DNA of 32,000 bases from Flavobacteriaceae bacterium (GCA_965224465.1 OZ245049.1:180001-212000), one strand, 5' to 3'; positions 20,516-28,268 are shown, numbered from the stretch's first letter. Numbers and translations are program-made. The notes: generated by a model not told the origin, from the sequence alone.

Positions 20516-21794
20516 AACTACAAATTTTTTAAAACTTAAATGGGGAACGTTTTTGGTTTTCTTTTTTTTGAATATACTTAGTTCTTGGGCATCGTTTATT
20601 TTGTTGCCTATGGATGCAGAAAATCAAACAAACCATTTAAAAGCGTATGGCATTACCTTTTGGACCCTAGAAAATGGGCAGAAGGCACAATGGTTACTCA
20701 ATTATAAAGGCGGTGCCTTTCTATTGGAAGATTCGGAAGCTATACGTAAGGAGTGTCAGGTTAGAAATGTTAGCTATATCGTACTTTCTGATATGGAAGC
20801 GGAACAGATTTTACGTGAAATAGCGAGTCCTTCCAAAAATATGGAAGCCGTATTATTAGAAAAGGTGCCGAAAATTGCTGTTTATTCTCCCAAAGGTAAA
20901 AAGCCATGGGATGATGCAGTGACAATGGTTTTGAAATATGCCGAAATTCCTTTTGATATTATTTACGATAAAGAAATACTAGACGATAGTTTAAAAATAT
21001 ACGAATGGCTGCATCTTCATCACGAGGATTTTACAGGGCAGTTTGGTAAGTTTTATGGTAATTATAGAGCTGCAAACTGGTATGTACAAGACAAGCTAAG
21101 AGCAGAGAAATCAGCGAAAGAATTGGGCTTTGAAAATGTAGCTCAAGCCAAATTAGCAGTCGCTTTAAAAATAAAAGAGTTTGTTAAAGCAGGTGGTTTT
21201 ATGTTTGCAATGTGCTCAGCAACCGATAGTTTTGATATTGCATTGGCTGCAGAAGGTGTTGATATTTGTGAAACCATGTTTGATGGTGATCCTTCCGAAG
21301 TAAATTACCAATCCAAGATAGATTTTTCAAAAACCTTGGCTTTTACAGACTTTAAATTGGTTCGGAACCCAACGGAATACGAGTTCTCATCTATTGATAT
21401 GACCCGGAAACGAAAAATTAAAAGAACAGAGGATTATTTTTCCTTGATGGAATATTCTGCAAAATGGGATCCTATTCCAACAATGTTATGTCAGAATCAT
21501 ACCTTATTGGTTAAAGGCTTTATGGGGCAAACTACTTCTTTTGATCCTAAAAGCATAAAATCCACAGTGTTGGTGATGGGGCAAAGCAAACTAAATAATG
21601 AAGCCCGATATATCCATGGTACTAAAGGCAAGGGGATGTGGACTTTTTATGGTGGGCATGACCCAGAAGATTATCAGCATTTAGTAGGGGATCCAAAAAC
21701 AGAGTTGGATTTATATCCCAATTCTCCAGGGTATCGCCTTATCTTAAATAATGTACTGTTTCCTGCGGCTAAAAAGAAAGAACAAAAGACGTAG
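20499..21794 (+). CDS. Conserved hypothetical exported protein with a class I glutamine-amidotransferase-like (Cys-His-Glu) signature
   Basis: N-terminal hydrophobic signal or anchor (WGTFLVFFFLNILSSWASF). PKIAVYSP strand, a nucleophile-elbow-like GGFMFAMCSATDSF, and a late GGHDPED. The start overlaps the dnaB stop by 17 nt (ATGATACACCATTTTAA). From memory, homologues downstream of dnaB in Flavobacteriaceae are sometimes auto-named asparagine synthetase B. I cannot verify that here. Confidence 0.6.
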   Translation: MIHHFKTTNFLKLKWGTFLVFFFLNILSSWASFILLPMDAENQTNHLKAYGITFWTLENGQKAQWLLNYKGGAFLLEDSEAIRKECQVRNVSYIVLSDMEAEQILREIASPSKNMEAVLLEKVPKIAVYSPKGKKPWDDAVTMVLKYAEIPFDIIYDKEILDDSLKIYEWLHLHHEDFTGQFGKFYGNYRAANWYVQDKLRAEKSAKELGFENVAQAKLAVALKIKEFVKAGGFMFAMCSATDSFDIALAAEGVDICETMFDGDPSEVNYQSKIDFSKTLAFTDFKLVRNPTEYEFSSIDMTRKRKIKRTEDYFSLMEYSAKWDPIPTMLCQNHTLLVKGFMGQTTSFDPKSIKSTVLVMGQSKLNNEARYIHGTKGKGMWTFYGGHDPEDYQHLVGDPKTELDLYPNSPGYRLILNNVLFPAAKKKEQKT

Positions 21795-22050
21795 TTAGTT
21801 ATGGGTGTCTGGTGGACTTGTTTTTCTTTTTTTGATGTTTTCACTAGCTTTATGTGTGGCAGTCAATTAGCAAGTTTCAGGTATAATTCCTTTTTGAGGG
21901 GTTCATTTCCAGAGGATATGCCTCTAAATAGGAATAGTCTTTCGGGAGTATTTCTCGTGATTTGTGGCTTGGCGATTGATTTCTGTGAGTAAGGACTCTT
22001 ATGTGAGGAATAATAATCTTTTCCGCTTTCTCAAATCGTCCAGTAATTTT

Positions 22051-22151
22051 TTTTAATCCCTCTAATGGGTTTAATTCCCCGATGCTTGCATCGAAATGAT
22101 TAAGGTTTTTTTCTTTTTTATGCCTCGTGGGCTTGCTCCGAGGTTATTGAC
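22051..22151 (+). repeat. Copy A of a ~100-bp intergenic repeat, in direct orientation with copy B
   Basis: TTTTAATCCCTCTAATGGGTTTAATTCCCCGATGCTTGCATCGAAATGATTAAGG-T-rich-ATGCCTCGTGGGCTTGCTCCGAGGTTATTGAC. It aligns to 24327-24425 with about 8 substitutions and 2 single-base T-run length differences by hand alignment. Confidence 0.85.
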
Positions 22152-22182
22152 TTCACTGGTTTTTAGAGTCTATCCTATATTT

Positions 22183-22215
22183 AAAATTGAGAGAACTTTG
22201 GGTTCTCTCAATTTT
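22183..22215 (-). terminator. Hairpin terminator downstream of the 648-aa propeller gene
   Basis: Perfect 14-bp stem AAAATTGAGAGAAC/GTTCTCTCAATTTT with a 5-nt loop, 44 nt past the stop at 22259. The U-tract on the - strand is interrupted (AAUUUUAAAU). Confidence 0.6.
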
Positions 22216-22258
22216 AAAATAATGTATAATAGTGTTTTAACCATAGCTTTTAAAGCGT

Positions 22259-24205
22259 CTATAAACTTCTAACTTTTAGAATTCCTTTTGCATTAAAATG
22301 TTGTGATTTTTTATCTAAAGGAGATGTACTTCTAGCTATAGGTGTATGATATATAACCCTGTCTTTTTTAGAAAAATAATACGAGCCATCATTGTCTCTC
22401 TTATTGTTCTCAATAGCATACGAGAAATATTTTTCCGTAACGCCACTTTCCATGTTGACAACGCCTACAGAATGTGTTCCTGCTTTGTCAAATGTATAGA
22501 TGTATATGTTGTCATCTATAATTGGCATCCTCCATGATTTTATATAGTTGGGTGTTTTATATGTATGCTCATATTCAAGAGTACCATTAGTACCTATTTT
22601 TGTTAAAATTATTTTGAATTGTTTTTTTGTTGAAACTAATTTGGTTTTATTGAGGATTCCTTGGAGTAAAACACTTCCGTTTTCTAGGGAGATGATTTCG
22701 TGTACTTGTTTTATTTTTGACCCCATTTTTTTTAAACTACGCCCTTTAATTTCCCCATTAGTATCAATGGTATATAGTTTTCCCGCTTTATCCGAGGCTA
22801 TATATACGGTGCCTTCATTATTTTCTAGATAAACAATTTCAGTTTTAGACTTGATAGATCTACCTATTTCTTTACGTGTTTTGATATCAAATAACTGAAC
22901 TCTATCTGGCTGTATTACTAGAAACCTAGAATTGTTATATATTTTTGTGAATAGGATGTTATGAGCTGTTTTTATTCTTTTTTTAAGTAAATATTTTCCT
23001 GTTTCTAAATCTATTATATTTACATATTCTGGAATTGTTGCCTCACCCACTTCAAAATCGATTGAATCAATTGTTAAAGTAGAGCTGTTATGAACTTGTG
23101 AACTTTTTGTAACAATTGTTAGTAAATTATGATCTAAGGTGGTGCTTACCAATTCTGTTTCGTAAGACCTTAGGGTGTTGTTTTCTAGTTTTGCAGTGCC
23201 TTTAGAATCAAAGATTTGGAAATATTTTTTTCCGATTTTTTTTGGTGATGACAATACGAGAACCGTTGCTAGATCATCAATTACGCTTAAAGAATATACC
23301 TCTGTGTATCCTTTTTCTTTTTTCCAAAGTACCTTTCCAGACCTACCATCCAATGCAAGGATTTGATGTTTATTACCAAAGCGACTCGTTTTGTCTACCA
23401 AATAAATCATTAAATCGCCCGTGTTTTTGTTTTTGGCTATTAGGTAATTTGAAAGAACAATTTTAGAGGTGAATTTCCAATTTTCTTTCCCTGTTTTAAG
23501 ATGAATACTAATTATTTCTCCTTTTTCTTTGTCTTGAAAGATATAGTTTCCGTTTACGGTGTAATATCCGTTATAGAGAGGAGAATTAGCTAATGTTTGT
23601 TCCAATTGTACTTTACCATTAGGAGCGTTACTCATCATTTTTATCATAAAACTATTGAGTTTCTTATGGGTCTTATTCGTCTTATCGCTTTTGGTTTTTG
23701 TCCACTCAATTTTCCAAGTATCGAAAGATAAAAATAGCAATACATTTTCTCCTTTTAGTGTTGCATTTGCTAAAATACCTTCAGGAAACACCTTTGAATA
23801 TAAAATATGTGTAAGACCTGCTTTGGTTGGATTAAATAATACCTTCCCGTTTTCATCCAATATGAGCATTCGTCCCACTCGAATAAGATTTGTGTTATTT
23901 ACATGTTTTAATTTGACGGTTACAGATTTATGGTTTTTTTCTGCCTTAGAAGCTCCCATCATTGACATTGGGTCTTTTATTTCCCATAATTTTTCGCCTG
24001 TAAATTTATCTAGCCCTGCAATACCAGGGAAATATCGTTTTGACTTAACAACTTTAGTTCCATTGCTGTCGCCGTAAATAACAACAACTCTATTGTTGTA
24101 TGTGTTGTAACCATAGATGTTTTTTAACATAGAGGTTTCCCAATCTATAGTTTGTCCATTTATTAGCGATGTAAAATGATTAAAATCGCTAAAAAAACAT
24201 TGCAT
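22259..24205 (-). CDS. Hypothetical PQQ-like beta-propeller repeat protein. It has no signal peptide in the annotated frame and may be frameshifted at the 5' end.
   Basis: Recurrent xD-x2-tG-x-x-W motifs (GLDKFTGEKLWEI, IHLKTGKENWKF, ALDGRSGKVLWKK, IDLETGKYLLKK, FDIKTRKEIG). The translation is rich in Lys/Asn/Ile. See the mini-ORF feature at 24163-24213. Confidence 0.6.
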   Translation of the reverse strand: MQCFFSDFNHFTSLINGQTIDWETSMLKNIYGYNTYNNRVVVIYGDSNGTKVVKSKRYFPGIAGLDKFTGEKLWEIKDPMSMMGASKAEKNHKSVTVKLKHVNNTNLIRVGRMLILDENGKVLFNPTKAGLTHILYSKVFPEGILANATLKGENVLLFLSFDTWKIEWTKTKSDKTNKTHKKLNSFMIKMMSNAPNGKVQLEQTLANSPLYNGYYTVNGNYIFQDKEKGEIISIHLKTGKENWKFTSKIVLSNYLIAKNKNTGDLMIYLVDKTSRFGNKHQILALDGRSGKVLWKKEKGYTEVYSLSVIDDLATVLVLSSPKKIGKKYFQIFDSKGTAKLENNTLRSYETELVSTTLDHNLLTIVTKSSQVHNSSTLTIDSIDFEVGEATIPEYVNIIDLETGKYLLKKRIKTAHNILFTKIYNNSRFLVIQPDRVQLFDIKTRKEIGRSIKSKTEIVYLENNEGTVYIASDKAGKLYTIDTNGEIKGRSLKKMGSKIKQVHEIISLENGSVLLQGILNKTKLVSTKKQFKIILTKIGTNGTLEYEHTYKTPNYIKSWRMPIIDDNIYIYTFDKAGTHSVGVVNMESGVTEKYFSYAIENNKRDNDGSYYFSKKDRVIYHTPIARSTSPLDKKSQHFNAKGILKVRSL

Positions 24206-24213
24206 TTTTTCAT
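24163..24213 (-). other. 16-codon mini-ORF encoding a signal-peptide-like N-terminus (MKKCNVFLAILIILHR*). It overlaps the start of the 648-aa ORF in another frame.
   Basis: The minus strand reads ATGAAAAAATGCAATGTTTTTTTAGCGATTTTAATCATTTTACATCGCTAA. The annotated ATG (24205) lies 8 nt downstream of this ATG (24213). One extra T in the CATTTTAC run would fuse the two into MKKCNVFLAILIIFTSLINGQTIDWE... Confidence 0.4.
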
Positions 24214-24326
24214 AATATTAGGGTGTTTATTATTTAATGTTGTTAAGAGGTTGTCCTCGTGTCATAATGTGAATAAGGGGACGGTGATAGAGGTAATAAC
24301 CTGTTTACAACGGTTTTGTTTGTTTA

Positions 24327-24425
24327 TTTTAATCCCACCAGTGGGTTTAATTCCTCGATGTTTGCATCGAAATAATTAAGGTTTTTTCTTTTTATGCCTC
24401 GTGGGCTTGCCCCGAGGTTATTAAC
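24327..24425 (+). repeat. Copy B of the ~100-bp intergenic repeat
   Basis: TTTTAATCCCACCAGTGGGTTTAATTCCTCGATGTTTGCATCGAAATAATTAAGG-T-rich-ATGCCTCGTGGGCTTGCCCCGAGGTTATTAAC. It has the same orientation as copy A and lies between the 129-aa lipoprotein gene and the 648-aa gene. Confidence 0.85.
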
Positions 24426-24453
24426 TAAATTAAAAGAGGTATGAGCAACAGTT

Positions 24454-24843
24454 TTAGTGCTTCTGGCTTTTAGAAAAGGGTAGTGTCTGTTGACCATTGC
24501 TCAGTACGCTATTTGCAAGTGACAATCCATCTAAATTTACAATGTGTTTTTTCTTAAGGCTAACTGTTTCCATAATGTGTGACGTTTTATTTCGCTTTAT
24601 ACCATTTGATGCAGGTAATTTGCAGCTAAAAATACAGGTGTTAAAATCTAAATTTGTGTGTGGATAAGTATCAGTCACAGCATTGAATGCTAATTCGACA
24701 GGTATCCATCCTTTGTCAAATAAGCCCTCTTGTTTAGCTTTTTCATAGCTAGGATACCTGTCTGTGTATTCTTCTTTACAAGAAGTTAATAATAAGAGAC
24801 CCGTAGTTAAATACACTATGGTAATTCTTAATAGCTTATTCAT
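24454..24843 (-). CDS. Small hypothetical lipoprotein
   Basis: Signal peptide plus lipobox (LLLLTSC), 129 aa, no recognisable catalytic motif. The C-terminal tail runs up to 29 nt from repeat copy B. Confidence 0.5.
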   Translation of the reverse strand: MNKLLRITIVYLTTGLLLLTSCKEEYTDRYPSYEKAKQEGLFDKGWIPVELAFNAVTDTYPHTNLDFNTCIFSCKLPASNGIKRNKTSHIMETVSLKKKHIVNLDGLSLANSVLSNGQQTLPFSKSQKH

Positions 24844-25513
24844 TTTGTTAATGTTTACTTATTATACAAAAGACATTCTAGTTTTATAAATAGTTGTTCT
24901 GCTGTTTTTTAATGTTCTAAAAACAGAAAATATATTCCTCTTAAACAGAGAACGGGGAGCTATTTATAGCGGTCTTTTCGAATTGGTTTTGGTAGTATTC
25001 AACAAGTATGCCAATACTTCTTAGTAATAGTTAAGAAAATTTAGAAATATTTTTTATAAGTATCCTATTGATTAAAAATTTTTAACGTAACGTATCTTAA
25101 GTCAATGTTTTAGTGTTTGTTTTGTAGTTTAATTTTTTAAAAAAAATCAATAAAGAATCTTATTTTTTTTAGCCTCTTATTTTAAGAGGAAAGATATAGT
25201 CTAGTTAACTAAGAAGGTTTAAATAGTTAGGAATAACTGTTTAGAGATGGTATTGTTTTCCTAATAACACAAAAATATAAGTGTAAAAGAGTATGATTGT
25301 AAAGATAAAACAGGAAGTACTTAAGTTTTTTTTTAAGGTATTTTGTTTGATGGTAATAAAATCAATAAGCCGCTAGGGGACAGGGAATGCTTGCTAAAGA
25401 GGTGTTCTTGTTTTGAATCAAAGTTTTTTGGAATTATTTTTAACAATGCTAGAACGTAAAATAAACTTTTTATATCGGTCATTTTGGATTGTAATTGGTG
25501 TAAAAGAAGGGGT

Positions 25514-25554
25514 AAAAAAAACGGGCTTAAGTTATAATTAACTCAAGCCCGTTT
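25514..25554 (-). terminator. Rho-independent terminator downstream of lysA
   Basis: Stem ACGGGCTTAAGTTA/TAACTCAAGCCCGT with one A-C mismatch and a 4-nt loop. On the - strand it is followed by a T8 run (A-run 25514-25521 on the + strand). Confidence 0.75.
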
Positions 25555-25652
25555 ATAAATGGTGTAGATTTCAGGAGTTTCTAAGGAAGAGTTCTAGGGA
25601 TTTTACACTTGTTTAAGCATGTATTCTAGTGTTTTACCTTAAAAACTGTCAA

Positions 25653-26858
25653 TTACAGATCCACTTCAATTTGATTTTTCAATAGATCCTCCATTGTTTC
25701 GCGCTTTCGAATTAAATGTGCTTTTCCTTTACTTACCAATATTTCGGCAGGGCGGTAGCGACTGTTGTAATTGCTAGCCATTGAATAACAATAAGCACCT
25801 GCATTATCAAAACATAAAACGTCCTCTTCTCTAATTTCTTGAATACGTCTATTGCTAGCAAATGTATCGGATTCACAGATATAGCCCACTACGGAGTAAT
25901 AGCGTTCCTTGCCTGTTGGGTTGGAGAGGTTATTTATATGATGATAGGCATCATACATCATAGGTCTAATTAGATGGTTAAAACCAGTATCAATACCAGC
26001 AAATATGGTAGAGGTTGTTTGTTTAACAACATTTACATGTGCTAAAAATTTACCAGATTCACTTACCAAGAATTTACCAGGTTCGAACATTAGAGCGATG
26101 TCTTTTCCGTAATCTTTACAAAATTGGTTGAATCTAATACCTAACTGTTTTCCGAGTTCCTTGATGTCAGTACCAATATCTCCAGGTTTATATGCTACTT
26201 TAAAACCACTCCCAAAATCAATAAAATCTAAATGTTTAAATTGAGCAGCTGTTTGGAATAAGATTTCTGTAGCCAGTAAGAAAACTTCAATGTCTAAAAT
26301 ATCAGAACCTGTATGCATGTGAACTCCATTTATATGCATGCCTGTGTTTTTGGCAATTCGCATAATATGAGGAACTTGGTGAACGGATATCCCGAATTTA
26401 GAATCGATATGACCCACGGATATTTTACTGTGTCCTCCCGCCATAATATGTGGGTTTATACGAACACAAACAGGCGTGTTTGGATGTTTATTTCCAAATT
26501 GTTCTAAGATAGAAAGATTGTCGATATTGACTTGTACACCTTTTGCAGCAACCTCTTCAATTTCTGAAAGAGAAACACCGTTGGGCGTAAATATAATGTC
26601 TTTAGGTGCGAAACCTGCTTGTAAACCTAGTGCTACCTCTTGGTATGAAACACAATCCAATCCTGAGTTTAATTTTTTAAATAATTTTAAAACGCTTAGG
26701 TTAGACAACGCTTTTACGGCATAATTGATACGTAAATCTTTTACGGTAGAAAAAGAATTTGTGATTTTTTTGTACTGAGATTTTATTTTATCTGCGTCGT
26801 AAACATATAAAGGGCTTTTATGTTCAGCCACTAAATCTAATAATAATTGCGTATTCAT
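25653..26858 (-). CDS. lysA: Diaminopimelate decarboxylase
   Basis: Group IV PLP decarboxylase layout: YAVKA (PLP Lys), HxHTGS (VHMHTGSD), EPGKFLV, CESDTF and AGAYCYSMASNYNSR. 401 aa. Confidence 0.9.
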   Translation of the reverse strand: MNTQLLLDLVAEHKSPLYVYDADKIKSQYKKITNSFSTVKDLRINYAVKALSNLSVLKLFKKLNSGLDCVSYQEVALGLQAGFAPKDIIFTPNGVSLSEIEEVAAKGVQVNIDNLSILEQFGNKHPNTPVCVRINPHIMAGGHSKISVGHIDSKFGISVHQVPHIMRIAKNTGMHINGVHMHTGSDILDIEVFLLATEILFQTAAQFKHLDFIDFGSGFKVAYKPGDIGTDIKELGKQLGIRFNQFCKDYGKDIALMFEPGKFLVSESGKFLAHVNVVKQTTSTIFAGIDTGFNHLIRPMMYDAYHHINNLSNPTGKERYYSVVGYICESDTFASNRRIQEIREEDVLCFDNAGAYCYSMASNYNSRYRPAEILVSKGKAHLIRKRETMEDLLKNQIEVDL

Positions 26859-26918
26859 AATGTGATATTTGTAGGGACGAAAATAGGAGGAATTAGAAGA
26901 AAAGGAAAATTAATGATT

Positions 26919-26962
26919 AAAAAATAACAATATTTAACAGGTTGTTAAATATTGTTATTTTT
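26919..26962 (-). terminator. Long A/T-rich hairpin terminator downstream of pepT, with bidirectional geometry
   Basis: Perfect stem of about 19 bp, AAATAACAATATTTAACA/TGTTAAATATTGTTATTT, around the loop GGT (26940-26942), with A/T runs on both sides. Confidence 0.7.
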
Positions 26963-26972
26963 AAATATATTC

Positions 26973-28205
26973 TTATTGGTATTTTTGAGCTGTTAATTCA
27001 GCAATTTTTACGACTACATCAGTTGCTTTTACAATAGATTCAACCGCTACATATTCGTAACGACCGTGAAAATTGTGTCCGCCCGCAAATATATTAGGAC
27101 AAGGCAAGCCTTTGTAAGATAATTGAGAACCATCTGTTCCACCTCTTATTGCTTTGATAAGTGGCTTGATGTTAAGTTGTATCATGGCTTCTTCAGCAAT
27201 GTCTACAATATGCATTACAGGTAATACTTTTTCGCGCATGTTAAAGTATTGATCTTTAATCTCTACTTCAACAGTACCTGCACCATAGGTAGTATTAAAA
27301 TCTGCAACTAATTTTTCCATTTGAACCTTACGTTCTTGGAATAATTTCATGTCGTGATCTCGAATAATGTATTCTAATTCTGTGATTTCTACTTCGCCTT
27401 TCATACCGTGTAGGTGAAAGAATCCTTCATAACCTTCGGTAGATTCAGGAACTTCTTTTGCAGGCATTGCGTTGATAAAGACCGCAGCAATTGTTTGTGA
27501 ATTGATCAATTTACCTTTGGCGTATCCTGGGTGGACAATTTTACCATTGATTGTTACTTTTGCTGATGCAGCATTAAAGTTCTCATATTCCAATTCTCCT
27601 ACTTGACTTCCGTCCATTGTATAGGCCCATTCTGCACCAAATTTTTCTACATCAAATAGGTGAGCTCCTTTACCAACTTCTTCGTCAGGGGTAAAACCAA
27701 CTTTAATTTCACCGTGTTTGATTTGAGGGTTTTTGATTAAGTATTCCATGGCACTTACAATTTCTGTAACTCCAGCTTTGTCGTCTGCTCCTAATAAGGT
27801 AGTTCCATCTGTGGTAATTAATGTTTGTCCCACGTACAATAGCATATCATCAAAATAGCTTGGTGACAATACAATATTTTTCTCTTTGTTTAATACGATG
27901 TCTTTTCCATCGTAATTTTCATGGAATTGTGGTTTTACATTGGTTCCAGTAAAATCAGGACTGGTATCTATGTGTGCGATAAAGCCAATAGTAGGTACTT
28001 TATGGTCTACATTTGATGGTAATGTAGCCATGATGTAGCAATGCTCATCAATACTTACATCTTGCATACCGATTTCTTTCAATTCCTCGGCGAGTAATTT
28101 TCCTAAATTCCATTGTTTTTCTGTACTTGGAAATGCAGGATTATTTGGGTCTGATTGTGTGTCGATAGTAATGTATTTTACAAATCGATCTATGATATGT
28201 TGCAT
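26973..28205 (-). CDS. pepT: Peptidase T (M20B tripeptide aminopeptidase)
   Basis: IDRFVKYITIDTQSD N-terminus, AHIDT, GADDKAG, TPDEEVG and GGTDGS. About 410 aa. Confidence 0.9.
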   Translation of the reverse strand: MQHIIDRFVKYITIDTQSDPNNPAFPSTEKQWNLGKLLAEELKEIGMQDVSIDEHCYIMATLPSNVDHKVPTIGFIAHIDTSPDFTGTNVKPQFHENYDGKDIVLNKEKNIVLSPSYFDDMLLYVGQTLITTDGTTLLGADDKAGVTEIVSAMEYLIKNPQIKHGEIKVGFTPDEEVGKGAHLFDVEKFGAEWAYTMDGSQVGELEYENFNAASAKVTINGKIVHPGYAKGKLINSQTIAAVFINAMPAKEVPESTEGYEGFFHLHGMKGEVEITELEYIIRDHDMKLFQERKVQMEKLVADFNTTYGAGTVEVEIKDQYFNMREKVLPVMHIVDIAEEAMIQLNIKPLIKAIRGGTDGSQLSYKGLPCPNIFAGGHNFHGRYEYVAVESIVKATDVVVKIAELTAQKYQ

Positions 28206-28268
28206 ACTAATTTATTTTTTTTCAAAAGTACATATTCGCCATTGATTTTCATCACTATTTTACGATAT

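Noticed and set aside
21801-21992. A 63-aa plus-strand ORF downstream of the dnaB-adjacent gene
   Set aside because: The Cys/Phe/Ser-rich translation has no protein-like pattern. I treat it as non-coding (see the finding on 21795-22050).
22051-24425. The two ~100-bp repeats as a CRISPR array or as integron attC sites
   Set aside because: There are only two copies, 2.2 kb apart, and they enclose a full gene, so this is not CRISPR spacing. The unit folds into several short hairpins instead of one long imperfect palindrome. I could not find RYYYAAC/GTTRRRY core sites at its ends (they read ...GTTATTGAC and ...GTTATTAAC). No integrase gene is present in the window.
24659-24667. A perfect DnaA box (TGTGGATAA) next to the 0.8-kb A/T-rich gap, raising the possibility of oriC
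   Set aside because: It is a single box and lies inside the 129-aa ORF. Scanning 24400-25700 by eye, I found no cluster of boxes with one mismatch or fewer, and dnaA is not adjacent. One 9-mer match is compatible with chance.
26859-26972. A lysine riboswitch (L-box) in the lysA leader
   Set aside because: The leader is only 114 bp, and the pepT terminator hairpin occupies much of it. That is too short for an L-box of about 180 nt.
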